From: an uncultured virus (IMG/VR IMGVR_UViG_3300014656_005142)
Lineage: Duplodnaviria; Heunggongvirae; Uroviricota; Caudoviricetes
DNA length: 64,000 nt
Reading direction: 5' to 3' (one strand)
Virus record (IMG/VR): IMGVR_UViG_3300014656_005142
Made by a program: the position numbers and the translations under genes. Below, in pieces: positions 47,280-56,328 of the stretch; position 1 is the first letter of the stretch; each line of letters starts with the position of its first letter. A model generated the notes under the pieces. It was not told the DNA's origin, searched no databases, and was given only the letters and a program-made list of their open reading frames with translations.

Positions 47280-48446
47280 ATGCAAATAGGTCATATCTTA
47301 AAAAATAATATAATTATATATGGAAATTATGAACTTGAAAAGGGTGGAAGATATGTAATGCCAAAATCTATTCTTGATCACATGAATAGTATATATCCTC
47401 GGTGTGTTAGAGAAAAGGGAAATTTTGATAACTATTATAATCATCTAAATTTTAAAGATATTTCTAATGGAAAGAAAATTTTCTTATTTAGAAGTGGAGG
47501 GATAGGGGATCTTATGTTTATGCTTCCTCTGGTTCATTATATAAAGAAATTTTTTGATGTTGAAATAAAGGTTGCAACAACCACGACATATACTTCCATT
47601 TTCAGAAATAATCCCTATGTGGATAAAATTATTATAATGCCATTTAAAGTAGAAGAACTAGAAAATTCTGATTTGCATTTGATGTTTGAAAATGTAATAG
47701 AGAATAATCCAGAAGCAGAGAAGAATCATGCTGTGGATTTATTTTTTGGACAGGCAGGAATAGATTATAAAGGAATAAGTGATGAAGAAAAAATTCCTAA
47801 ACTATTCTTATCAGAAGATGAACTTAAAAAAGGAGAAGTTGTAGTAAATAGATTATCTGGGAATATGAAAAATTCTAAGAAAATAGGAATTCAGATAAGC
47901 GCATCTTCTCCTATAAGAACATTCCCTTTAGATAAGTTTGTAGATATAATAGAAGAACTTGTTGAGAAAGATTATTTTGTATTCTTATTTGGAGGATATA
48001 GGCAATCAGAAGAAGCTTCTTATATAGAATCTATTGTAAAGAAAAATTTATGTAATCTAATTAAGTTTAAACTTTCTTTGAGGGATTCTATTATCATTAC
48101 TAAATTTTTAGATTTGGTTATTGCTCCAGATTCAGCTTTTATTCATATAGCTGGAGCTTTAGGTGTTCCTATAATAGGATTATATGGATGCTTTCCTTCT
48201 CTGGTTAGAATGAGATATTATAAAAATGCAATAGGAATAGATTGCGCTGTGTCTTGTTCTCCTTCTTTTTTACATGGTCATAATCCTTGCAAGAAGGGCT
48301 TCCCTTCTCCTTGTTTTTCTGTAATAAGTATTAAGAATGTTTTGGATGCAGTTGCTCACTTCTTAGAAGGGACATCTATTAAGAAAGAATATCCTGAGTA
48401 TAATGAATTTAAAAAAGGAATTCCTATTAGAACTATAGGGATGTAA
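47280..48446 (+). CDS. Glycosyltransferase family 9, paralog of 22170..23273
   Basis: RSGGIGDL, SSPIRTFP, IAPDSAFIHIAGA, RMRYYKNAIGID, HGH.PC.KG.PSPCF. Confidence 0.88.
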   Translation: MQIGHILKNNIIIYGNYELEKGGRYVMPKSILDHMNSIYPRCVREKGNFDNYYNHLNFKDISNGKKIFLFRSGGIGDLMFMLPLVHYIKKFFDVEIKVATTTTYTSIFRNNPYVDKIIIMPFKVEELENSDLHLMFENVIENNPEAEKNHAVDLFFGQAGIDYKGISDEEKIPKLFLSEDELKKGEVVVNRLSGNMKNSKKIGIQISASSPIRTFPLDKFVDIIEELVEKDYFVFLFGGYRQSEEASYIESIVKKNLCNLIKFKLSLRDSIIITKFLDLVIAPDSAFIHIAGALGVPIIGLYGCFPSLVRMRYYKNAIGIDCAVSCSPSFLHGHNPCKKGFPSPCFSVISIKNVLDAVAHFLEGTSIKKEYPEYNEFKKGIPIRTIGM

Positions 48447-48450
48447 GTAA

Positions 48451-49461
48451 ATGAGTTCATTCAAAATAAAAGATTATCTATCACAAAATAAGTTTTCCTT
48501 CAAGGAAATAGGAAGAAATGAACTTCAGATGGGTTGTCCTATTTGCGGCAGGGAAAATCATTTCTATTTTAACTCAGAAAAAGGAACAGGAATATGCCAT
48601 AAATGCAAGTGGTCAACTTCCATAGTAGGCTTGCTAATGGTAATGGGTAAGTTGCAAAAAAAAGACGCTGTACGACTTGTTTTCGGACTCTCAGATCATA
48701 GTTTAAGTGGCATTAGCGGTAGGTTAGAAAAATTAAAAGGTTCAGAAATTTCCGAAGATTATAATTTCTATGTAACCTTTTTTAGAAACGAAATTCCAGA
48801 TGGATGTATAGATGTAAATGCAAAGAATTTTCCTAAAGCTTTATCGGAAAGAAAGATAACTTCAGGAATGGCTATAAAACTAGAAGCTAAGATATGTAAT
48901 AAATCTGGAAAATATTTTAACCGAATTATTTTTCCAGTTTCTACTCTTAAAACCAGAACTTTTATTGCTCAAACTGGATTCACTAAAGATAAGTTCAAAG
49001 AGATGAAGTTATTCAGTAAGGACAAAAAGAATAAGGAATTAAGAAAAGTTCTTTTTCCTGTAGGATCTTTTATGTCTGAAACTTTATATTTATATGATGA
49101 CTTTAGAGATAGTGAAAAAGACTTATTTATTGTAGAAGGTCATTTAGATGCCATATCCATGGTGAGGAGAGGATTTAATTCTAATGCTTTATTTGGAAAG
49201 AGTATAAGTTTAGAACAGGCTTATCTATTATCTAAAACTAAAGCTAATAAAATTTTCTATGTTCCGGATGGTGATGTATGTCATAAAGATTCAGTGAGAT
49301 ATGTTTCTATTTTAGATAAAATATGCTTCGATAAAGAAATAAGAGTATGTGTTCTTCCTTTTGAAAATGATCCTGATGATATTGATGATGATTCGTTATT
49401 TAATTCTATTAGTAAAAGCCTTCCTCTGGATCTTTATAAATTACTTGGAGTACATCTATGA
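48451..49461 (+). CDS. dnaG: DNA primase (Zn finger + TOPRIM)
   Basis: CPIC..H..CHKC, NRIIFP, VEGHLDA, PDGD, DPDD. Confidence 0.88.
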   Translation: MSSFKIKDYLSQNKFSFKEIGRNELQMGCPICGRENHFYFNSEKGTGICHKCKWSTSIVGLLMVMGKLQKKDAVRLVFGLSDHSLSGISGRLEKLKGSEISEDYNFYVTFFRNEIPDGCIDVNAKNFPKALSERKITSGMAIKLEAKICNKSGKYFNRIIFPVSTLKTRTFIAQTGFTKDKFKEMKLFSKDKKNKELRKVLFPVGSFMSETLYLYDDFRDSEKDLFIVEGHLDAISMVRRGFNSNALFGKSISLEQAYLLSKTKANKIFYVPDGDVCHKDSVRYVSILDKICFDKEIRVCVLPFENDPDDIDDDSLFNSISKSLPLDLYKLLGVHL

Positions 49462-50327
49462 GAATAATAAAAGAAATTAAGAATGAGTTTAAACCATTTA
49501 TTAGATTTAAAAATTTAGAAACTGATCAATTTGAATCTGTTGAAGTTCTGGATAATAATCTATTATATCTTAAAAAGAATCTTTCTGAAAATATTAACGA
49601 ATCTGGAGTAGAGAATCTAGGGACAGATTTTATGCTTTATCAAATGGGACAAGGGAATTTAAAATTTAGTAGAAGATGGGCTTGGCTATTTAGACATTAT
49701 ATATGGGCTTCCAGAGTTATTGTCCCTAGAGCTAATGTTGTGGATGTAGGATGTGATGTTGGAGAGATTCGTAAGATAATAAGTAAATCTTTTTATATTA
49801 AAAATCCTTTATATTTGGGGATAGATCTTAATTATAAAGGATTAAAAGAAGGGGCTGAAAAAATACAAATGAAGATTCCTGCTATATATGTCCAGCATGA
49901 TGTAACTCTGGGATTACATTTCATTAAGTCTAATTCTGTGGATATTATTTTTGCAGGAGAAATTATAGAACATTTTAAGAAAAAATTTGGAATCATTTTA
50001 TTAAAAGAAATGAAAAGAGTTCTTAAAGAAGGAGGAAGATTTATAATTTCTACCCCTAATAAGAATCATTCTAAGGGATATGATTTTCATGTTCATGAAT
50101 ATGAAATTGAAGAGATTAAAGAGTTAATAGAAAAAATTGGGTTGAAAGTTGATAAAATATGGGGGTGGGTGACTACAGAGAAGTTAGTATTATCTTCTAA
50201 AAAAAAGAATGTCAAAAAAATGTATAATATCTTGAAGAAAAATGTTCATAAAGATATAGTTGTGAATCTATTAGCATATATTGATCCTGAAATATCTGAT
50301 GCTTTTTGCATAGAAGGCATTAAATAG
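49458..50327 (+). CDS. Class I SAM-dependent methyltransferase
   Basis: VDVGC, GIDL, EIIEH, RVLKEGG..IISTPN, HVHEY. Confidence 0.88.
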   Translation: MRIIKEIKNEFKPFIRFKNLETDQFESVEVLDNNLLYLKKNLSENINESGVENLGTDFMLYQMGQGNLKFSRRWAWLFRHYIWASRVIVPRANVVDVGCDVGEIRKIISKSFYIKNPLYLGIDLNYKGLKEGAEKIQMKIPAIYVQHDVTLGLHFIKSNSVDIIFAGEIIEHFKKKFGIILLKEMKRVLKEGGRFIISTPNKNHSKGYDFHVHEYEIEEIKELIEKIGLKVDKIWGWVTTEKLVLSSKKKNVKKMYNILKKNVHKDIVVNLLAYIDPEISDAFCIEGIK

Positions 50328-50513
50328 GGAACCTCTAAGAAGCTCTTTTTTGCGAAGGTCGTATATATATGCACAAGGTAGGCCACGAAAAAATTTTAAA
50401 AACTTGTTCCAAAAAATTCTTGAAAAGGAGGGAAATTTATGTAAGTGAGATGAAATTTATATGGGTTATTATGTTTTATTATTTAATTTTATTTTAAAAA
50501 GGAGTGTAAGAGC

Positions 50514-51473
50514 ATGGCAAAAGATAAAAAGAGCAAGAAAGGAAAGCCTATTAAGGCTAAGGAAGAGGTTGAGGAAGAGGAGTTAGATCTGGATGATCTG
50601 GATCTAGAAGATGATGATCTAGAACTAGAAGCGGAGGAAGAAGAAGAGGAGACTGAAGAAGAAGAGGAGACTGAAGAAGAAGAGACTGAGGAAGAAGAAG
50701 AAGTGGAAGAGGAAGAGGAGACTGAGGAAGAGGAGACTGAGGAAGAGGAGACTGAGGAAGAGGAAGAGGAGACTGAGGAAGAGGAAGAGGAGACTGAGGA
50801 AGAGGAAGAAGAAGTAGAAGAGGAAGAGGAACTTCCTAAAGAAAAGGCTCGTTTTCCTGGAAAAAAGATTATTCCCCAAGTTAAGAAAATAGCATCATCG
50901 GGAACTAGAGTTAAGAGATTAGAGGTCAATGGGCAAAAAACCGTCGTCCCTATTGCTTTTAAGCCTCTGATTTTAGCTCTTGGGAAGTTTGGGAAAGTGG
51001 TTCATAAACCTTCTATAACAGTTTGCCTCCTTGACGGTAAAGATGGGGCTAACTTTGCGAGCATTGTTCAGCAAGAATCTGCAGATACGGTAACTAATTT
51101 GTGGCTTAATAAATCTATCCTGAAAGATGGAAGAAAGTTTGTTCCTGCAGGAAAGAAACTGGTTGCCATGTGTGGTTTTTGGAAAAAGGGAGAAGTGATC
51201 ATTGCTGTGAAAGTGAAGATTGGCCAGGATCAAATAGATGATGCCATAGAGTTAGTTAAACAATATGCAGAGTGGTTTAAAGCGAATGTTCTTTCAGGAT
51301 CCAAAAAAGCTTCTAAGAAAGAGGGGACTGAAAAGAAAGAAGTCAAGAAGGTTGTGAAGAAAGTGGCCAAGAAAGTAGAAGAGGAAGAAGTGGAAGATGA
51401 AGAGGAGGAGGTAGAAGAGGAGGTAGTGGAGAAGAAGAAAGTCAAGAAAATTAAAAAGAAAGTCAAGAAATAG
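50514..51473 (+). CDS. Acidic/basic low-complexity protein with central DUF5655/YjbR-like domain
   Basis: Long Glu/Asp tract, Lys-rich ends; FKPLILAL..NFASIVQQ..LWLN..GFWKKGEV..QIDDAIELVKQ. Confidence 0.65.
   Translation: MAKDKKSKKGKPIKAKEEVEEEELDLDDLDLEDDDLELEAEEEEEETEEEEETEEEETEEEEEVEEEEETEEEETEEEETEEEEEETEEEEEETEEEEEEVEEEEELPKEKARFPGKKIIPQVKKIASSGTRVKRLEVNGQKTVVPIAFKPLILALGKFGKVVHKPSITVCLLDGKDGANFASIVQQESADTVTNLWLNKSILKDGRKFVPAGKKLVAMCGFWKKGEVIIAVKVKIGQDQIDDAIELVKQYAEWFKANVLSGSKKASKKEGTEKKEVKKVVKKVAKKVEEEEVEDEEEEVEEEVVEKKKVKKIKKKVKK
50634..50830 (+). repeat. Tandem GAGGAAGAGGAGACT-type repeats encoding (E)nT units
   Basis: 15/18/21-nt repeat units visible directly. Confidence 0.85.
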
Positions 51474-51504
51474 TTAGGAGATTAAATTTGATAACTTAAT
51501 CTAG

Positions 51505-51536
51505 AAAAGGGCAGGATATTTTTCTGCCCTTTTTTT
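51505..51536 (+). terminator. Intrinsic terminator
   Basis: AAAAGGGCAG...CTGCCCTTTTTTT hairpin plus U tract. Confidence 0.88.
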
Positions 51537-51555
51537 ATTATTTTAGGATCATTAT

Positions 51556-53259
51556 ATGAAAATAGGATTAGTGTTATATGCTCTCTCAGATCTTGGCGGT
51601 ATAATTAATCATGTAGAAAATCTTGCATTAGGGCTTAGAGAAATAGGCCATAGTGTAAATTTTCATATTCTTCTATGGCAATCTGATTTTCAGAATCTGA
51701 GATATACAGATGAAGAAATTATTAACCTTCCTGGATGGTCTTATGGGACTTTTTGTGCCATTAATCAAAGCACTGGATGGAATGCTTCTCCAGGGAAAAT
51801 TAAACTCGGATATCTTGGGGAAGAAAATTTAAAAAGAGTAAAAGAGAAATTATCCTCTTATGATTTAATAATATGGGAAGTTCCTGTTCCTACAAAATTA
51901 AGATCTAATATGGGAAATCATGATTGGGTAGATTTTTATAACTGTTGCAGTAAAAATATTGCAGTAATTCACGATGGTAATCTTAATAAAATTCCTTGGA
52001 TATATGAAGTTAAAGATAAATTTGTTGGATTGGCTTGTGTTCATGAATGTGCTTATAATACATCTTCTATATTAGATATTCCTAGATCTCTTATTCTTAA
52101 TCCTCAGGACTTGCTTGGCCTAGAAATGCTTAATGATTATAATGAAAGAAAAAGAGGATTTCTTTCTTTACAAGTATTTAAGGCATGGAAGCATGTGGAT
52201 GATGTAATTAGAGCTATTCCTTATCTTCCTGAATCTTATGAAAAGGTAATAGCAGGAGGAGGGATAGAACAGAGATATATGGTTTCTAGAGATAAAGTTA
52301 AACCAAGATATGTATGCAGCAGTAATTATGATCCAGATATTCCTGAATCCATATGTGGCTTTGCTAGAATTTGGGATCGTGCTTTATGGTATGGAATGAA
52401 ATATATTGGTTTTATTTCAGGAATGAAAAGGGATATGATTTTAAGGGAAGTAAGAACTCTTATTGATCCTTCTTGGAGTAGAACATATTCAGAAAAAGGA
52501 TCTCATTTTAATAGGGTAATAGTGGATGCGATGAAACAGGGAACAGTTCCCATAGCGGTAAATTTGGGAATGTCTTCTAAAGAAAGTGGAGAGGGGTTAA
52601 TATTTAAACCTAATGAAAATTATATTATGATTCCTTATAATTCTACTCCCAAAGAATATGCTTCTATAATAGAATATGCCAATAACCTTCCGAAATACAT
52701 TTATGAAGAACTTTTATATAATAACTATAAACTCTTAAATCTTTTTGATAGAAGAAAGGTTGCTCAAGATTATATTGATCTATCTAATGGAAAAAAGTGT
52801 GGGCCTTTAAGTAAGAGAATAAAGTCAGTTAATGTTGACCCTACTCTTCCTGAACGTTCTGAATATGAAATGGTATCTTTCTTTGGAAGAAAAAAGAAAG
52901 AAGTTAAAGAAAAAGGATTTGCTAAAATAGGGGGAGAATATACTTTTCTCTATAAAACATTTTTCAACTTCATAAAAGCTTTATCTGGTTATGGAAAATT
53001 GAAATTATCTAAAGGAAATATCTATTTGATTATTGACAATAAGCCGAGAATTTGCATTATAGAAAAGCAGTCTTCTAAGAAGAGACTCGTGTTGTGTTTA
53101 ATTGGGGCAGTGGGTTCTGAAAGTAAATTTTCTCTTATGGAACCTAATTTAGATGCTATGCTTATATTATCTAAAAGTAAGATCTTTCTATCTGTAACGA
53201 ATGGAAATATAGATGATTGTTTAGAAATAATAAGGATATTCTTAAATTGGATAAAATAA
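51556..53259 (+). CDS. GT-B glycosyltransferase, probably DNA-modifying, with C-terminal DUF5655-like domain
   Basis: LGGIINHVENL..LGH.V, IHDGN, FKAWKHVD, IDPSW, HFNRVIVDAM..GTVP; ~110-aa C-terminal extension. Confidence 0.75.
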   Translation: MKIGLVLYALSDLGGIINHVENLALGLREIGHSVNFHILLWQSDFQNLRYTDEEIINLPGWSYGTFCAINQSTGWNASPGKIKLGYLGEENLKRVKEKLSSYDLIIWEVPVPTKLRSNMGNHDWVDFYNCCSKNIAVIHDGNLNKIPWIYEVKDKFVGLACVHECAYNTSSILDIPRSLILNPQDLLGLEMLNDYNERKRGFLSLQVFKAWKHVDDVIRAIPYLPESYEKVIAGGGIEQRYMVSRDKVKPRYVCSSNYDPDIPESICGFARIWDRALWYGMKYIGFISGMKRDMILREVRTLIDPSWSRTYSEKGSHFNRVIVDAMKQGTVPIAVNLGMSSKESGEGLIFKPNENYIMIPYNSTPKEYASIIEYANNLPKYIYEELLYNNYKLLNLFDRRKVAQDYIDLSNGKKCGPLSKRIKSVNVDPTLPERSEYEMVSFFGRKKKEVKEKGFAKIGGEYTFLYKTFFNFIKALSGYGKLKLSKGNIYLIIDNKPRICIIEKQSSKKRLVLCLIGAVGSESKFSLMEPNLDAMLILSKSKIFLSVTNGNIDDCLEIIRIFLNWIK

Positions 53260-53260
53260 T

Positions 53261-53893
53261 ATGTCTCTAAAATATATAACAAAAGATAAATTTCCAGATT
53301 TTCTAAGTGAAATAAGAGTGATTGATCCTAAGATTATTCCTATTAATGCATTTGCTCGAGTCTTTTGTAGTCATTGTGGGTTGTATGCAAGAGCAATCCT
53401 TTGTCCTCCATATTTATGCCAGACATATCCTCAGTTTGAAACAATTAAATCTTCTAGAGAATGGTTTCGCCAATTTACTGAGGCTTATCTTTATATATGG
53501 AAAAATGATGGAACACAGAAATGGTGGAACTCTGAAGATGATGATAATTATAAATACATAGATCTTGTTAAAAGAAAAGGGAGAGCATTAAAAGGGTGTG
53601 AAGCATCTGGATCTAAATATATTCAGAAGATTATGAGAAGAATACAAATTGTCAATAAGAAAAGAGGATATGATGTTTTTTGTTTTGTCACGGGGAATTG
53701 CGCACTTTGCAGCGGGAAAGGGCATGGGAATAAATGCGAAAACAGAGATAATCCCCCTTGCAAGAAAGGAGGATTAGTTTCATTAGAGGCTGGAGGAATA
53801 AATGTATATCACTTGCTTAGAAAATTAAAGATAGATTATCAGTATCCTGTTGTGGATTATTTAACTCTTGTAACTTTAATGGTAGTGAAATGA
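53261..53893 (+). CDS. DUF2284-like metal-binding protein
   Basis: C..CGLY....CPP, GNCALC..C...PPC, SLEAGGINVY. Confidence 0.75.
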   Translation: MSLKYITKDKFPDFLSEIRVIDPKIIPINAFARVFCSHCGLYARAILCPPYLCQTYPQFETIKSSREWFRQFTEAYLYIWKNDGTQKWWNSEDDDNYKYIDLVKRKGRALKGCEASGSKYIQKIMRRIQIVNKKRGYDVFCFVTGNCALCSGKGHGNKCENRDNPPCKKGGLVSLEAGGINVYHLLRKLKIDYQYPVVDYLTLVTLMVVK

Positions 53894-53905
53894 GGAGAAA
53901 GTGAA

Positions 53906-54256
53906 ATGAGTGGAATTAAGGAAATTGATCTTAATGTAGGTTGCCAGTGTACTGAGCCTGATCATATCATTTTAAGTGCTATGCCAAGTGAAGATGTTAT
54001 CAAATCGGGGATGAAGTCCTGGGCTGAGATTCATAAGTCCATTGGGCAACGGGGGGGTAGAAAAATGAATGATGAAGAAAGATTAAGATTTGCGAAAGCT
54101 GTTTTGGAAACATATTTTAGCCTAAATGAATCTGTAGATAAAGCTGGAGGGATCGGATTTTCTATTAAAGACCTTAAAGAAATGAGTGTCATAGAACTAA
54201 TTTCTATTATTTGTACTAACAATATTCGGTTCTGCTTTAAGGAGAAAGAAAGTTGA
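53906..54256 (+). CDS. Hypothetical protein
   Basis: GAGGAG SD; possibly two fused mini-genes (internal MNDEER). Confidence 0.55.
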   Translation: MSGIKEIDLNVGCQCTEPDHIILSAMPSEDVIKSGMKSWAEIHKSIGQRGGRKMNDEERLRFAKAVLETYFSLNESVDKAGGIGFSIKDLKEMSVIELISIICTNNIRFCFKEKES

Positions 54257-54483
54257 ATACAATTATAAATGCAAAAAAGAGAACTTCGTTATTGTGGGAT
54301 AATATGATAGTATTAGATAAGATAGAAAAATTAACTTCTAAGGTAGAAGATTTAAATGAATCCGTTAGGATATTGTGTGAACTTTTAGCATTAGTTTTGA
54401 AGGTTAAAATTAATTGGGAAAGTGATAAAGAAGAAGAAGAAGATAAAGAAGAAGAAGATGAAGAATATAATCAAACAACCTGA
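54253..54483 (+). CDS. Hypothetical coiled-coil protein with acidic tail
   Basis: TTG start, AGGAG SD. Confidence 0.5.
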   Translation: MNTIINAKKRTSLLWDNMIVLDKIEKLTSKVEDLNESVRILCELLALVLKVKINWESDKEEEEDKEEEDEEYNQTT

Positions 54484-54937
54484 TCGCCATTCTTGTATGG
54501 TATGTGTCGCCTCGATGATTACAAACAAAGATCTTAAATATGTCACTGATTTTATAGGTCATGATGGTTCAGAATTTTCCTTTACTTCTGGGCATCCTCT
54601 TAGATATAGAGGATTTGGGATGATAGAAGTGATGCAATATCTTTTATCAGAGAGGTTTATGTTAGGCCATTTTTATAGATCTTCTGATAAAGATGGTCTA
54701 TTGAAAATTAAGAGTAAAGATAAAGAACTTAATATAGTTTTTAATCTTAAGAATCCTGCGATGTTGGTAGTTGTTAGTCAAGTTTTTGGATCTAAAGTGA
54801 GACATAGTGTTTATTGGGATGGAGAAGATGTTCTTGATCCCAATCCTGATGTTCAAGGATTAAGAAAATTAGAAGATTATGAAATTACTGAATGGTGGCC
54901 TGTTGTGAGGTTTGAAGAATCTGTGGAGGATTTATAG
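54458..54937 (+). CDS. Peptidase C39-like protein
   Basis: IKQPDRHSC..C..SMI, HSVYWDG..VLDP (Q/C/H/D). Confidence 0.65.
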   Translation: MKNIIKQPDRHSCMVCVASMITNKDLKYVTDFIGHDGSEFSFTSGHPLRYRGFGMIEVMQYLLSERFMLGHFYRSSDKDGLLKIKSKDKELNIVFNLKNPAMLVVVSQVFGSKVRHSVYWDGEDVLDPNPDVQGLRKLEDYEITEWWPVVRFEESVEDL

Positions 54938-54948
54938 GAGGAAATGAT

Positions 54949-55197
54949 ATGAATATAAGTTCAGGAATGGCTGCTGTAAAAGCAAAAAGAAGACAAGAAA
55001 ATTTTAATAAATCTGCTGAGAGAACAATAAACAGTTTATCGATTTCTTCATTGTCCAAAGTGAGAGTGTCTACAAGATTAGCAAAATATATCTTGATAAA
55101 TTATGATACTATAATGGTTAGTGGAAAATTATATTCTACTCAAGTTAGAAATATTGGAGCAGGAGTTAAAGAATTATTTTTAAAGGAGGTAGAATAG
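54949..55197 (+). CDS. Hypothetical protein
   Basis: AGGAGG SD. Confidence 0.6.
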   Translation: MNISSGMAAVKAKRRQENFNKSAERTINSLSISSLSKVRVSTRLAKYILINYDTIMVSGKLYSTQVRNIGAGVKELFLKEVE

Positions 55198-55788
55198 GTG
55201 GCTCTTCCTAAATTAATAGATGAAATTGATATAATGGAGAAGTGGATTCCTAAAATAGAAAAGCATCCTTGTTTTCTTTATAATTTTAAAGCAATGGGGA
55301 TTACTCGTACTCAATTTGCAAATCTCATAATTGGCAAAAAGGCCATGTTATTTGAAAAGCCTTTAGAAGAAGAACTCAGAGCTAAAAAATGTCCTTGGTG
55401 TGATTTTAACGAAAGGGGAGGCCGAAAAATGTTCAGCAATAGAGATGGCAAACCTTTCAAAACTGTTCCTTTATCTCATCATGTTATGTCTCATGATAAA
55501 AATTTCGTAAGCGTTCAGGCGTTAAAATTCCAGAAAGAACTTTATGTCTATAGATTACAGCTTGTAAGAGACGGATATCATGGGGCCATGCCTTTTCTTG
55601 TAGAACATGAATGCAATTTCTGCATCTCTCCCGAGGCCAAAGGAAGAAAAAATAAATGTGCGTTACCCCAATCCTCAAGAAACAAGATGAGAAGTTTAAA
55701 AGTTCTAGGATATCCTCTAGAAGAAATCACTAAGTATAGAACTCATAAATGGTCTTTATTAGGAATCATTGTTCTTAGGAAATATTAA
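55198..55788 (+). CDS. Cys-rich protein, divergent DUF2284-like with inserted C2H2-like finger
   Basis: CPWC...HVMSH; ECNFC...CALP..SR..MRSLKVLG..L..LLGII. Confidence 0.45.
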   Translation: MALPKLIDEIDIMEKWIPKIEKHPCFLYNFKAMGITRTQFANLIIGKKAMLFEKPLEEELRAKKCPWCDFNERGGRKMFSNRDGKPFKTVPLSHHVMSHDKNFVSVQALKFQKELYVYRLQLVRDGYHGAMPFLVEHECNFCISPEAKGRKNKCALPQSSRNKMRSLKVLGYPLEEITKYRTHKWSLLGIIVLRKY

Positions 55789-55838
55789 AAAAGAATATTA
55801 TATATAGTTAAAGTTAAAACAATATAGGAGGATAAAAT

Positions 55839-56087
55839 GTGGATGTGAATAAGATCTTAACTGACGAAGAAGTCTATAAGAGTTTTCTTTACAAGAGAAT
55901 TGTTTTAGGATCTTTTGTTGCTTTTTTTTCTGGAGTGTTTACAAGTATGGGAGTTTATTTAGTTTCAGATAACCGAATTATATTTGGAATAGTTTTGTTT
56001 GTAGTTTCTCTTGTTTTATTATTTGCTTCTATTGCTTGGGGAGCATATAAGCTTTTTGAAGAAGAGAAAGAAGAAGAAGGAGAGTAA
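55839..56087 (+). CDS. Two-TM membrane protein
   Basis: Two hydrophobic segments, acidic tail; AGGAGG SD. Confidence 0.65.
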   Translation: MDVNKILTDEEVYKSFLYKRIVLGSFVAFFSGVFTSMGVYLVSDNRIIFGIVLFVVSLVLLFASIAWGAYKLFEEEKEEEGE

Positions 56088-56088
56088 A

Positions 56089-56328
56089 ATGAATTCTAGA
56101 AATATCAGCATTGAAGAAAATTATATAAGACTGATTCCCACTGTTGGTCCTAATTTCATCAAACTTCAAGTGGAAATAAGTGATTGGGGAAGATTTGTTG
56201 CTGAATTGAATAAAATTAGAGATGGAGGGAAGATTCACCTTAGAGATAATTCTAATGATAAGATGATTGTTCTGCTAGAAATAAATAATAACATAATGGG
56301 AACTAGGAGGTTAGCAGATGAGGGATGA
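56089..56328 (+). CDS. Hypothetical protein
   Basis: ATG 56089 with AGGAG SD. Confidence 0.55.
   Translation: MNSRNISIEENYIRLIPTVGPNFIKLQVEISDWGRFVAELNKIRDGGKIHLRDNSNDKMIVLLEINNNIMGTRRLADEG

Noticed and set aside
40425..50470. Sigma70-type promoters (TATAAT at 40448; TTGAAA at 50420)
   Set aside because: No matching partner hexamer at correct spacing, and such hexamers are common in AT-rich DNA
50634..50830. Tandem repeats as a possible CRISPR array
   Set aside because: No unique spacers; the repeats are in-frame codons for EEEET. No CRISPR array or cas gene was seen in the window
50489..51466. Minus-strand Ser-rich and Phe/Leu-rich ORFs (50489..50929, 50625..50879, 51230..51466)
   Set aside because: Antisense shadows of the Glu-repeat gene
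24222..54248. Further junction similarities (24224/24559 AGGAGGAAAA; 26120/26295; 53893/54240 AGGAGAAAG) as insertion scars
   Set aside because: Mostly Shine-Dalgarno sequence or imperfect matches, so they are expected by convergence
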